From IMG/VR virus record IMGVR_UViG_3300025435_001056, positions 1 to 64,000 of that record: a stretch of 64,000 nt of DNA, one strand, 5' to 3'. The notes under the pieces were generated by a model, which was given only the letters and a program-made list of their open reading frames with translations, did no database searches and had not been told where the DNA came from. Origin of the DNA: a virus. The position numbers and the translations under genes were made by a program. Within the stretch, counting starts at the first letter, position 1; every line of letters starts with the position of its first letter. Shown here in pieces: positions 28,887 to 38,710 of this stretch.

Positions 28887-30273
28887 ACTTGAGGTCCAAC
28901 GCCTATTCTTAGAAATGATGTTGCAGGACGCCGAAAGTTATGTGCGTGTACAGAACATCTATAATCCTGAAAACTTTGATAGAAGTTTGCGACCAGCAGC
29001 CGAGTTTATTGCTGAACACAGCAATCAACACAAGACACTACCCACGGTAGAACAGATCAGTGCCAGCACAGGCGTCAAGCTACAGCAGGTTCCAGATCTC
29101 AATGAAGGACACTTTGAATGGTTCATGGCAGAATTTGAACAGTTCACTCGTCGTCAGGAATTAGAACGAGCAATTTTAAAATCAGCAGATCTGTTGGAAA
29201 AAGGCGAGTATGATCCTGTAGAAAAATTAATTAAAGATGCAGTTCAAATCAGTTTAACCAAAGACATGGGTACAGACTACTGGGCGGATCCCAGACAACG
29301 CATCGACAAGTATTTTAATTCAGGTGGGCAGGTATCAACAGGGTGGCCACAGATGGACAAGATTTTATATGGCGGATTTAGTCGTGGTGAATTGAATATT
29401 TTTGCCGGCGGTTCAGGTTCTGGTAAATCCTTGGTCATGATGAACATAGCCCTAAGTTGGTTGCAAGCTGGACTTTCGGGCGTGTATATCAGTTTAGAAC
29501 TTAGCGAAGAACTGTGTGCCTTGAGAACTGATGCCATGTTGGCTGGTATGAGCACAAAGGATATCCGCAAGGATATTGATCAGACTGAACTCAAGGTCAA
29601 GCTGGTTAGCAAGAAAGCTGGACAGTATAGAATCAAAGCCCTACCTGCGCAGAGCAACATCAACGACATTCGTAGTTATATCAAAGAAGTGCAAGTGCAG
29701 ACCGGAATCAAGGTAGACTTTATTATGTGTGACTACCTGGACTTGTTGATGCCTGTCAGTGCCAAAGTCAGTCCCAATGACCTGTTTGTCAAAGACAAGT
29801 ATGTTTCAGAAGAACTGCGCAACCTAGCCAAAGAACTTAATGTGCTGTTTGTCACAGCTAGTCAGTTGAATCGAAGTGCTGTGGAAGAAATTGAGTTTGA
29901 CCATAGTCATATTAGTGGCGGTATCAGTAAGATCAATACTGCCGACAATGTGTTTGGTATCTTCACCAGTAGAGCCATGCGTGAACGCGGCAAGTATCAA
30001 ATACAGTGTATGAAGTCGCGTAGCTCCACAGGTGTAGGCATGAAGATTGACTTAGACTATAACATTGAAACTATGCGTATTACAGATCCCGGAGAAGAAG
30101 AACAAGCCGGAGGATTTAAACGTCCGGGTGGCAACTTGCTGGACAGTATCAAGGCCAAGAGTACCATGCTGTCTTCAGAGCCGCAGGCTAAATGTGAAGA
30201 AGTGGGTAAAATCACAGCCGACGTGCAAAGTGCAAAACTAAAACAGTTATTAGGTCAAATTAAAACAACGTGA
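28870..30273 (+). CDS. DnaB-like replicative helicase (T4 gp41-like)
   Basis: GGSGSGKS, SLEL, DYLDL, TASQLNR, KSR. Confidence 0.95.
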   Translation: MLKDYGLEVQRLFLEMMLQDAESYVRVQNIYNPENFDRSLRPAAEFIAEHSNQHKTLPTVEQISASTGVKLQQVPDLNEGHFEWFMAEFEQFTRRQELERAILKSADLLEKGEYDPVEKLIKDAVQISLTKDMGTDYWADPRQRIDKYFNSGGQVSTGWPQMDKILYGGFSRGELNIFAGGSGSGKSLVMMNIALSWLQAGLSGVYISLELSEELCALRTDAMLAGMSTKDIRKDIDQTELKVKLVSKKAGQYRIKALPAQSNINDIRSYIKEVQVQTGIKVDFIMCDYLDLLMPVSAKVSPNDLFVKDKYVSEELRNLAKELNVLFVTASQLNRSAVEEIEFDHSHISGGISKINTADNVFGIFTSRAMRERGKYQIQCMKSRSSTGVGMKIDLDYNIETMRITDPGEEEQAGGFKRPGGNLLDSIKAKSTMLSSEPQAKCEEVGKITADVQSAKLKQLLGQIKTT

Positions 30274-31280
30274 TACAGTACGAAAACATAAGAAATGTTC
30301 ATTTTGAAATTTCTAGTTTGTGTAATGCAAGTTGTCCATGGTGTCCCAGGACATTTTGGGGGTATCCTCACAACGGTGGATATCCTGAAGTAAATTTTAC
30401 ACTGGATCAGGCAAAAAAAGTTTTCACTACAGATTTTTTGACACAATTGACCAGTATCTATATCAATGGTAATTTTGGCGACATAGTAATGAATCCCGAA
30501 GGTCCGGCCATTGTAGATTATTTTGTGAGGACAAATCCCGATCTGATAATCACAGTCAGTACCAATGGTTCGGCTAGAGATAAAATATTTTGGACAGATC
30601 TGGCCAGCACCGGAGCCACTGTGCAGTTTTGTATAGATGGGCTTGAAGATACACACCACCTGTACAGGCAAAATACTGTTTGGTCTACGGTAATTCGCAA
30701 CGCTCAAACATTTATCAAAGCAGGTGGACAAGCTGTTTGGAAAATGATTCAATTTGATTACAATCAGCATCAAATTGAATCATGTCGGCAGATGAGTAAA
30801 CAGTTGGGATTTATAGATTTTTGTCTGGTAGACGATGGAAGAAATACTGCACCGGTATTTAATCACGCAGGACAACTTACTCATGTGCTAGGAAACTATG
30901 TTGGCGAAAAAAACTTCACAGTTTTATTTCATAAAAAAACAACAGATCAAATACTATTGGAAGATATAATTCAAGATCGAACGCCAGCAAAGTCAATCAG
31001 TTGCCAGGCAAAAAATAATAACTCCATTTATATTTCATCCACTGGCGATGTTAGTCCCTGTTGTTGGACTGGATTTTATCCCAAAACTTACGGTGCCGGT
31101 CAATATCATCAAGCGGCTAACGCTCAGTTGGTTCCATTGATTGTTAAAAATAATGCGCTAGAATATCCATTAAAAGACTGCATTGATTGGTTTAAATCTG
31201 TAGAAGACACCTGGAAAATTGATCGTTACGAGCAGGGAAGATTGGTTATTTGCGACGACGTATGTGGAGAAAAGCAATAA
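30270..31280 (+). CDS. radical SAM protein with C-terminal SPASM-like domain
   Basis: CNASCPWC; GDVSPCCW..CDDVC. Confidence 0.9.
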   Translation: MIQYENIRNVHFEISSLCNASCPWCPRTFWGYPHNGGYPEVNFTLDQAKKVFTTDFLTQLTSIYINGNFGDIVMNPEGPAIVDYFVRTNPDLIITVSTNGSARDKIFWTDLASTGATVQFCIDGLEDTHHLYRQNTVWSTVIRNAQTFIKAGGQAVWKMIQFDYNQHQIESCRQMSKQLGFIDFCLVDDGRNTAPVFNHAGQLTHVLGNYVGEKNFTVLFHKKTTDQILLEDIIQDRTPAKSISCQAKNNNSIYISSTGDVSPCCWTGFYPKTYGAGQYHQAANAQLVPLIVKNNALEYPLKDCIDWFKSVEDTWKIDRYEQGRLVICDDVCGEKQ

Positions 31281-31304
31281 ATAATAAAAAGGTCCTGGAC
31301 TAAA

Positions 31305-31553
31305 ATGCAGAAAAAAACTCGTAGTCTCTTAGAAGAATTGGATTCAATGTACATTGAGCGCGATCAGCGTCATGTTATTGAAAACCGTGCTGCCAATGTT
31401 ATTGCCAGTGCCATACGTTTGCTCGAGCAAATTGAGGAAACATATACTCCAGATCAAGCCCAAAATCTACAGCGCAAGCTGATTAATGCTATCAATCAGC
31501 GCGATCCTGCTAAATTTACCCGTACAGTGAGACGAACCGATGCAAATTCATGA
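31305..31553 (+). CDS. hypothetical protein
   Basis: ATAAATA upstream; coupled to the next gene. Confidence 0.75.
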   Translation: MQKKTRSLLEELDSMYIERDQRHVIENRAANVIASAIRLLEQIEETYTPDQAQNLQRKLINAINQRDPAKFTRTVRRTDANS

Positions 31554-32124
31554 AATAACCGAGGCAGTCAGGCCGCCTGTTAAAACAGGCCTAGCACAAC
31601 AATCGCAACAAAGAAATACACCTGTAGTACCGGCACAAGCACAGTCTAATCCAACAAAGACAACACCAGGTGCTGGAGCATTTGGACAAATGGCCAACAC
31701 CTTAAGGACTTATGCGCCACCTGAAACTACCAGTACTGGTGGAACATTAACACAAACAACAAACGGACAGGTACATAAGGCCAATCCAAATAATCCAAAT
31801 ATAGGACCGGTAATTGCTACCACTCCGGCAGGCCAATCACCCGCACAACAGGTTGTCGCAAAAAAATCAAATATTTGGTCCAGGGTAAACAATGCAGCAC
31901 ACGGAGTCGCTGATTATTTCTTGCATAAAAATCCTGCATTGTATTCAGTTCCTTATCGTAATGGTTTACAAAACCAGCTACAATCAACAAGAGAACATCC
32001 AGCAATTACTGTGGGTAGTGGACCTACTGCGCAAGTATATGTCCACAACGGACGCAATTATGTAGATCAATCAACTGGCAACCTTATGCCACCTACTGTG
32101 GCCAAGTCTATGGGCTTAAAATGA
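31540..32124 (+). CDS. low-complexity putative internal head protein
   Basis: MQIHEITE N-terminus; Gln/Thr/Pro-rich. Confidence 0.6.
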   Translation: MQIHEITEAVRPPVKTGLAQQSQQRNTPVVPAQAQSNPTKTTPGAGAFGQMANTLRTYAPPETTSTGGTLTQTTNGQVHKANPNNPNIGPVIATTPAGQSPAQQVVAKKSNIWSRVNNAAHGVADYFLHKNPALYSVPYRNGLQNQLQSTREHPAITVGSGPTAQVYVHNGRNYVDQSTGNLMPPTVAKSMGLK

Positions 32125-34052
32125 AACTCCTAGAAGGTGGTAATGTATTCAAGAACGGCGACGGCCAATCCTTAACACAACGTATCAATCAGACTGATGT
32201 TAAATCGACACTTGCTTGGCTTGAAGAAATGTTGCCAGATCTTGATTTACAAAATAATACTCTTGGTAGTACTGGTATTAAAGACACCAGTGGAGACTTG
32301 GATATCGCCGTAGATGCCAATCGAGTTAGCAAAGAACAACTGGTAGCACAATTGTCACAGTGGGCCGTGAGTCAGGGATTTAAGCCTGAAGACTATGTTC
32401 GTAAATCTGGCACCGCTGTACATTTTAAAACTCCAATTGATGGCCGCCCGGATCGCGGTTATGTGCAAACGGACTTTATGTTTATGAAAGATGTTCCGTG
32501 GTCAAAGTTTGTGCTAGGGGCGATGCCGGCAGATTCAAAGCACAAAGGCCGCGAGCGTAATGTGCTTATAAACAGTATAGCTAAGAGTATGGGTTACAAG
32601 TTAAATCAGAATTCTGGAATACAACGCAGAGACGATCCTAGTAATACATTAATTACAAATAATCCCGACGAAGTTGCTAAGTTACTGTTAAACAAGACAT
32701 CTACACGACAAGACTTAGCAAGCGTAGAATCTATATTACAAGCACTAAGCACCGATCCTAAACGCGAAAAAAAATTAGCAGATTTTAAACAACATATGGA
32801 AAGAGAAGGATTGCCGTTTCTGGAAACTACAAATGAAAATACAGACTTGTACCAAGATTACAATGAAGTAAATTTTTTGGCTCGTTTACGAGACCGTATT
32901 GTTAATCAAGGCATGCAGGTTATTATTGAAGCAGAAGTTCAAGGCGGCCGTGCCAAAGGTATTGAACACTTGGAAGATCTAGTGTTTCGTTTAGGCAGTG
33001 TTGGCATCAAACAAGCCATGAACATTGTGAAACACACCACACAAGACACACCAGGAACTACCACGGTCAAGTGGGACGGCAAACCTGCCCTAGTATTTGG
33101 ACGCGATACCGACGGTACATTTATCTTGACCGATGTGTCAGGATTCACCGCCCGCGGTTACAACGGCTTGTTTACCAGTCCTAGACAGGTGCGTCAACAT
33201 TTGGCCGCTAGAGATCGCGAAGCCGAAGCACAGGGCCGTCCGGCTACTCGTGTGCAGGATCTTGCTCCTATCTATGACAAGTTATGGGGCATGTTAGACG
33301 CCGCGGTACCTAAGAACTATCAAGGCTTCTTTCAAGGCGATCTGTTGTACACTGATACTCCGCCTGTAGAAGCTGGGAACTATGTATTTCGACCCAACGA
33401 AATAGAATACAAGATACCAGCCGCCAGTGATATTGGTCAGCGTATTGGTGCCAGTGAAGTTGGCATAGCCATGCACACTCGCTATGCTGAACCCGGGGCT
33501 GTCAAAGAACCCATTGGCACGTTCGAATTTAATTTGGTACCAGGATTGTTACTGTTGGAACCCGTGACGGCCAAGCAAAATATCAAGCCAGAAGCACAGG
33601 CCGTCAAGCAACTGCGTACCATCTACAACACCCAAGGTGCCGCTATAGATCAACTGTTCAATCCGGCCGATCTTCGGGCTCAGCAAATTACCGACCTGCC
33701 CAAGCTGTGTGTGGATTACATCAACAGTTGTGTAGGTGCAAATTTTGATAACCTCTTGTCGGATTTTGGTCCATGGCTGTTGCAACATGCTGGCCCACGC
33801 AAGTTTGGCAACATAGTAGAATATCTGAAAAGTCCACAGAGCAATCTTGGTGCCATGGCGGCCGCATTTGATACTTGGGAACTACTACACGCTATCAAAA
33901 TGGACTTATTAGGACAACTTGATCTACAGCACCCGGGGCAGGAAGGTTGGGTCATGGCTACACCTGCTGGTATGGCCAAGGCGGTAAATCGTCTAGCCGG
34001 TGGATTTACTGCGGCAAATCGGGCTCTAAATAATCCTAAACAACAGGCCTAA
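32121..34052 (+). CDS. fusion of a Pol-beta-type nucleotidyltransferase and an ATP-dependent ligase-like domain
   Basis: LGSTG..SGDLDI..QTD; then KWDG, QGDLLY, EGWV, KAVNR. Confidence 0.65.
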   Translation: MKLLEGGNVFKNGDGQSLTQRINQTDVKSTLAWLEEMLPDLDLQNNTLGSTGIKDTSGDLDIAVDANRVSKEQLVAQLSQWAVSQGFKPEDYVRKSGTAVHFKTPIDGRPDRGYVQTDFMFMKDVPWSKFVLGAMPADSKHKGRERNVLINSIAKSMGYKLNQNSGIQRRDDPSNTLITNNPDEVAKLLLNKTSTRQDLASVESILQALSTDPKREKKLADFKQHMEREGLPFLETTNENTDLYQDYNEVNFLARLRDRIVNQGMQVIIEAEVQGGRAKGIEHLEDLVFRLGSVGIKQAMNIVKHTTQDTPGTTTVKWDGKPALVFGRDTDGTFILTDVSGFTARGYNGLFTSPRQVRQHLAARDREAEAQGRPATRVQDLAPIYDKLWGMLDAAVPKNYQGFFQGDLLYTDTPPVEAGNYVFRPNEIEYKIPAASDIGQRIGASEVGIAMHTRYAEPGAVKEPIGTFEFNLVPGLLLLEPVTAKQNIKPEAQAVKQLRTIYNTQGAAIDQLFNPADLRAQQITDLPKLCVDYINSCVGANFDNLLSDFGPWLLQHAGPRKFGNIVEYLKSPQSNLGAMAAAFDTWELLHAIKMDLLGQLDLQHPGQEGWVMATPAGMAKAVNRLAGGFTAANRALNNPKQQA

Positions 34053-34121
34053 TCTTCCTTTTTTACCCAAAATGGTAAATACTTGCAGGTCCTCCGTGAC
34101 CATATATTAAGGAGATTTAAA

Positions 34122-34532
34122 ATGGCTTATATTACCGTAGTTTCTGGTGGCGCACAACCAGTATTTGCAACCGACGTATTAAACGGTTCCGTTGCACAAG
34201 GCGCAAACTTAGCAAACGCTTCAGTAACCAACTTCCAAGGTCCTAAATTAGACTTTTTCTCAATTGTAGCTAACAGCTCATTGGGTGTAACTGGTGCTGG
34301 TAACGCAGCTGGTTTTGTGTCCAACACATTACAAGCATTACAGCAAACAACAACAGTTGCTATGTACCAAGTAAACCCAACTTCACCAACAATTTTAAAC
34401 GTTGCTGTTTACCCAACTGCTGCTGCTAACAGCGCAACAATTCTTTCTTCTGCTCAAGGTGCCAATGCAACTGGCGGTTTGAACATTGGTTGGACTAGTG
34501 CTGCTGCCAATGCAGTATTTGTAACACAATAA
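34122..34532 (+). CDS. putative abundant virion (decoration-type) protein
   Basis: TAAATA, strong AAGGAG, biased codons, downstream terminator. Confidence 0.65.
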   Translation: MAYITVVSGGAQPVFATDVLNGSVAQGANLANASVTNFQGPKLDFFSIVANSSLGVTGAGNAAGFVSNTLQALQQTTTVAMYQVNPTSPTILNVAVYPTAAANSATILSSAQGANATGGLNIGWTSAAANAVFVTQ

Positions 34533-34552
34533 TAGTTAGATCTATTAGCGAC

Positions 34553-34581
34553 AAACCCTGGAATAAAACCCAGGGTTTTTT
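34553..34581 (+). terminator. intrinsic terminator
   Basis: AAACCCTGG/CCAGGGTTT followed by a T-run. Confidence 0.85.
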
Positions 34582-34601
34582 GTTGACTAAGTATTTGTAT
34601 C

Positions 34602-34850
34602 ATGCAAGCCAGCAAAATCACCGAAGTGACCATATATGAAAGTCCTGACGGGGGGCATACAGTGTACGCCCGCCGTCCCGGAAGTACACACAGAGAATTA
34701 TATAGTCGCAGTGAGGAAAAGCAGTTGGAACTGGCCGAACTAGAACAGCAAAAACGTTGGGTTGATATTTTTCAACAGAGAAAAAATAATGCTGAACTAG
34801 ATCGCCTGTGTGAGCAGGTGGAAATCATGTATGAATTGAGTCGACCATGA
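34602..34850 (+). CDS. hypothetical protein
   Basis: IYESPDGGHTVYAR motif; coupled ORFs. Confidence 0.75.
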   Translation: MQASKITEVTIYESPDGGHTVYARRPGSTHRELYSRSEEKQLELAELEQQKRWVDIFQQRKNNAELDRLCEQVEIMYELSRP

Positions 34851-35269
34851 GATATGCCTGTCAGACCTATTTTGACATCACTGCCACCGGTGTAACTGGA
34901 CATTTTAAACCGGCCGCAGTGCCATTCCAAGATCGTGCTGGCCAAAACATAACCAATTTGGAATCGTGGAATCGAGCCAGAAATCAACAACGCAATTGGG
35001 AAACCTTAACACAACTGATATCCATGCGGGCCCAGATATTTGAACTGCTGGAACCTTTGGATTATCTAGATACTTGGACCTTTGAATTTGAAGTAGAAAC
35101 TGCCGATGCTTTTGGACCTGCAGACAATCCAGTATCTGTCCTGTTGGCCGACGCCGAAGGAGTGCCTATGATCAATAATCTCAACAATACTCGAGAATTG
35201 TCCCCGGTTCTGCGTACTCGAATGCCCAATCAAAACATTTGGTTTATACCAATATCCATAAATACTTGA
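34847..35269 (+). CDS. hypothetical protein
   Basis: FDITATG..QQRNWETLTQ; ATGA overlap. Confidence 0.75.
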   Translation: MRYACQTYFDITATGVTGHFKPAAVPFQDRAGQNITNLESWNRARNQQRNWETLTQLISMRAQIFELLEPLDYLDTWTFEFEVETADAFGPADNPVSVLLADAEGVPMINNLNNTRELSPVLRTRMPNQNIWFIPISINT

Positions 35270-35312
35270 AGAGTTTTTGTCCTGAGACAAAACAAAAATA
35301 AAGAAAACAATT

Positions 35313-35576
35313 ATGGTTGAAGCCACTGACATTGAAAAGAAAAGTTTAGAAGCACATGTGGAACTATGTGCCGAACGCTACAATGCACTTGAAGACAAAA
35401 TGAGTGTTATGAGTGAAAACATTTCGCATCTATGCGAAATGGTCAAGGAAGTCAAGGACAATATCAGCAAATTGAGTGAAAAAAATACCGATAGACTCAT
35501 TAACTGGGGTATTGGAATTATTGGATTTTTGTCAGCATCGACAATTTATCTAATATCGCACTATGTAATTAAATGA
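35313..35576 (+). CDS. coiled coil plus C-terminal TM protein (holin/XhlA-like)
   Basis: LEAHVELCAERY, coiled coil, one hydrophobic helix. Confidence 0.55.
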   Translation: MVEATDIEKKSLEAHVELCAERYNALEDKMSVMSENISHLCEMVKEVKDNISKLSEKNTDRLINWGIGIIGFLSASTIYLISHYVIK

Positions 35577-36070
35577 ATCCAGATCAAGAGTTTGAACGCC
35601 TGTTTAGGCAAGAATTTCGTGATATTGCACCCAACACAATTTGGCGCAACAATCTAGGTGAATACGAAGCATTTGAAAAATACAAAATTGTGCCACATCG
35701 ACCCGGGTATCGGGTATTTTGCAGCGCCACAGAAGTGGGTGTATTTGGTACCACTCGATCAGCATTAAGTTGGTGTATAGCCGACAAATTTAAGGCTTAT
35801 AACACTGCACGAGATATATTGGTGTTGGATCAGCACCTAACTGCATTAACTCGAGATATTGCTACTAGAACTGCTATTGGCGAGCGTAGTAAAAACTGGG
35901 AATTTAGGGACGGCATCGGAACCAAATTAGAAACCAAGATCATACGTAAAAAACAGGTAGAAAACGATTTGGCCAAATGTGTAAACTGGGCTAAATATAT
36001 TCAACAACAAGGATTTGAAAATGAAACTGCAAGAACTGGCCGCAATCAGCCCAACAAAGCAAGCCGCTAA
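35573..36070 (+). CDS. hypothetical protein
   Basis: 165-aa coupled ORF. Confidence 0.7.
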   Translation: MNPDQEFERLFRQEFRDIAPNTIWRNNLGEYEAFEKYKIVPHRPGYRVFCSATEVGVFGTTRSALSWCIADKFKAYNTARDILVLDQHLTALTRDIATRTAIGERSKNWEFRDGIGTKLETKIIRKKQVENDLAKCVNWAKYIQQQGFENETARTGRNQPNKASR

Positions 36071-36932
36071 GGTATTTGAAAGTTATTTTGGCGGTCGTGT
36101 CGACATCAACGCAATTAGCCGCACACAGGCTCGTCGATTATTAAACCGTGTTCGTAACCTAGTTAACGAGCATCGCCGCACACCTAAATTCCATTGCAGT
36201 GAACAGAATCCCAGTTATCTTAAACTGGTCATGATGGAGCAGTTTTTATCTGCTCGTGTTAAAGAAGATGCCATGGGCGGAGCAACTGTTGGAATGGCAC
36301 AGCCATCAGGTGGCACAGCGGCCAATACAACCAATACACCCACTCAAGGTACTCAAGCCATGCAGGCTGTAACCATACAGCAGGCTAAAAAAGCAAAACA
36401 AGATGAACTCCAGGCACTAAAGCAACAACAAGCCGATCTTCAAAAGAAGATGAGCCAGGTTCAACAAGAAATAAACAATCCTACCATGGCCGAAAGCCGC
36501 CGCCATCGCCGTTTGCGTGAAGCATCGGAGATCCAACAGGCCCAGGTGGTGCTGGCCAGCCAAGACATGGTAGACCAAGTACAAAAAATGAGCGAACAGA
36601 TCAGTTCCATGCAGTTCAAAGATTTACCGGCTCTGGTGGATCAAATCAAAAATGAAGTTGGAGTTGACCAAGCTGGTCAGTTCAATGGTGATGCCAGTGC
36701 TGCACTCAGTGGATTATTACAAAATCTTCAAGGTGCCAAACAACAGTTAGAGGCCGCACTTGGTGTGGTTACAGGGCAGGCTCCACAAATTCCTGGTCAA
36801 GACATGGGTGCCGAAATGCCATCAGTTGAAGAACCACCTGCTGAACTACCAGCACCAGAGGGCGATGTGGATGCCGAATTGGATGCCAATTTAGAAACTC
36901 CTAAAACCGCACTAGGTCGCGGCCGCAGATAA
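36021..36932 (+). CDS. putative prohead core/scaffold-like protein
   Basis: MKLQEL start, coiled coils, VKE/MAE/LRE motifs, C-terminal LGRGRR. Confidence 0.55.
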   Translation: MKLQELAAISPTKQAAKVFESYFGGRVDINAISRTQARRLLNRVRNLVNEHRRTPKFHCSEQNPSYLKLVMMEQFLSARVKEDAMGGATVGMAQPSGGTAANTTNTPTQGTQAMQAVTIQQAKKAKQDELQALKQQQADLQKKMSQVQQEINNPTMAESRRHRRLREASEIQQAQVVLASQDMVDQVQKMSEQISSMQFKDLPALVDQIKNEVGVDQAGQFNGDASAALSGLLQNLQGAKQQLEAALGVVTGQAPQIPGQDMGAEMPSVEEPPAELPAPEGDVDAELDANLETPKTALGRGRR

Positions 36933-37267
36933 TGCGCATCGGTGAAGTAGCAGATTTAGGTTCACAGAAATTGATGGCACTTGCCCAGTTCCTGAGTGGC
37001 CGGAGTGATGATGAATCTGCACAAAAACAAATCAGTCAACAGGCCTTTGTTGATTTGGCTAAAAGTTTAGGCGTCAATGTTACCATTGAAAACCTAGGCG
37101 ATTTAATTAGCCAACCACCACTTAGCAATTTATTAGAACCTCTTGATCCTAATTCGGGTGTGGTACGATTCAAAGGCAATACCGAAGCTGAAACTGGAAT
37201 GAGCGTAGACCAAGCACAAGCAGTTGTTAACTCCAATGCCAAAGCGGCCTTAAAACGTCGTAGTTAA
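36932..37267 (+). CDS. hypothetical protein
   Basis: TAATG coupling; MRIGEV start. Confidence 0.7.
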   Translation: MRIGEVADLGSQKLMALAQFLSGRSDDESAQKQISQQAFVDLAKSLGVNVTIENLGDLISQPPLSNLLEPLDPNSGVVRFKGNTEAETGMSVDQAQAVVNSNAKAALKRRS

Positions 37268-37302
37268 AAATCCTCATAATATTTTAGTAGTAAATACAAG
37301 TC

Positions 37303-38181
37303 ATGGACAATCGCATTACGATCGACAAGCTCGAATTCTACATCACCAATGTGTGCAATCTAACCTGCACCGGTTGCAATAGATACAACAACTACAAATT
37401 TGCCGGTTGGCAAGACTACAACGATTATCACGATATCATACAAGAATGGACTAAAAAGATTCGTGTGACCAAAGCCATAATTCTGGGTGGAGAACCCTTG
37501 CTGAACCCCACAATCAATCAGTGGATCGATGGCATCAAAGCCGCTTGGCCTGATGCCTATTCGCCTGAGATTATCAGCAACGGTACTCGACTTGATTTGG
37601 TGGATGGTCTGTACGAAACTTGCCATCGCAACGGTTCCTGGATAGCTGTCAGCGTACACAGAGATTCTGACATTGAGCTGTTGTCTGTGCGTGTGAGGAA
37701 TTTTTTAACTCACCCAATCCGAGAAGGAGTTGCACTCCGTGCCGACATGAACAGCGATTATCAATTTATTGATGCCAATGGCGTACAGGTTCATGTGTGG
37801 AAAAATTATAATTTTTTGCAAAACAACATAATTGAACGCAGTGACGGTTCACGCACTTTATGGCAAAGTGATCCAATAGCAGCTCATGCGATTTGTCCTC
37901 AGGTTCTGCATAAAAATTATCATTTTCTTAATGGAAAGATTTACAAATGTGGTATGGCACCCTTGATGGCCGAGTTTGATCGCCAATATCCGTTTGATAT
38001 ATCCAAAGAGGATCGTGCCATAATACACACAGATTCTGGACTTGGCATTGATGAATTTGACCTGCGTGGAGAGGAATTTTTTCGTAATATAGACAATCCA
38101 ATTGCACACTGTAAATTTTGTCCAGACACATTTGAGTGGCACCAAATTGAATTTACCAATCTCAAGCCCAACAAGATTTGA
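37303..38181 (+). CDS. radical SAM protein
   Basis: CNLTCTGC, LGGEPLL, SNG, GKIYKC..CKFC. Confidence 0.9.
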   Translation: MDNRITIDKLEFYITNVCNLTCTGCNRYNNYKFAGWQDYNDYHDIIQEWTKKIRVTKAIILGGEPLLNPTINQWIDGIKAAWPDAYSPEIISNGTRLDLVDGLYETCHRNGSWIAVSVHRDSDIELLSVRVRNFLTHPIREGVALRADMNSDYQFIDANGVQVHVWKNYNFLQNNIIERSDGSRTLWQSDPIAAHAICPQVLHKNYHFLNGKIYKCGMAPLMAEFDRQYPFDISKEDRAIIHTDSGLGIDEFDLRGEEFFRNIDNPIAHCKFCPDTFEWHQIEFTNLKPNKI

Positions 38182-38206
38182 CTTTTGGAGTTAAATACAG
38201 TACAAT
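38178..38206 (+). promoter_or_regulatory. sigma70-type promoter with embedded TAAATA
   Basis: TTGACT-17-TACAAT. Confidence 0.75.
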
Positions 38207-38227
38207 GAAGTCGTGGAGGTCTTAACT

Positions 38228-38533
38228 ATGAAAAAAATTCTATTTGTGGCATTGCTGACTGTTGTTAGCATGGCTCATGCTGATCGTTGGCACTACGGCG
38301 GCGGTCGTTATTACTATCATCCAGGATATGGGTGGGCAGTACCGGCAGTGGTTGGTGGAGTCATTGTGTATGAAGCTACTCGGCCTCCTGTAGTCATTCA
38401 ACAAAGTCCGGTTTATATACAACAGACTTATCCTCCGGCTCAGCCGGTCTATCCTGCTCCGGCCGGTTATCATTGGGAAGCCTTGGTAGATGCCAGTTGT
38501 AATTGCTACAGAACAGTATTGGTGCCAAATTAA
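38228..38533 (+). CDS. secreted Pro/Tyr-rich protein
   Basis: GGAGG SD; signal peptide ending AHA. Confidence 0.75.
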   Translation: MKKILFVALLTVVSMAHADRWHYGGGRYYYHPGYGWAVPAVVGGVIVYEATRPPVVIQQSPVYIQQTYPPAQPVYPAPAGYHWEALVDASCNCYRTVLVPN

Positions 38534-38709
38534 TGAGACAAATCTGTTTCGTCCTTATGATGTCGATTGCCGGTATTGCCATGGCAGCCGGGCTAGGAAA
38601 CCTGTTCAACGAATTAAGTAAAAAGCCTGTAACAGTACCGCAGTCACCACCAAAGCTACCGGTAGCTCCACAGCCACCTAAATCACCAACACAAACAGTT
38701 AAGAAATAA
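38533..38709 (+). CDS. small exported Pro-rich protein
   Basis: Signal-like N-terminus; TAATG coupling. Confidence 0.55.
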   Translation: MRQICFVLMMSIAGIAMAAGLGNLFNELSKKPVTVPQSPPKLPVAPQPPKSPTQTVKK

Positions 38710-38710
38710 T

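Noticed and set aside
30241-31304. Junction duplication around the radical SAM gene at 30270
   Set aside because: Only a short A-rich resemblance (AAAACAA vs AAAGCAA); not supportable
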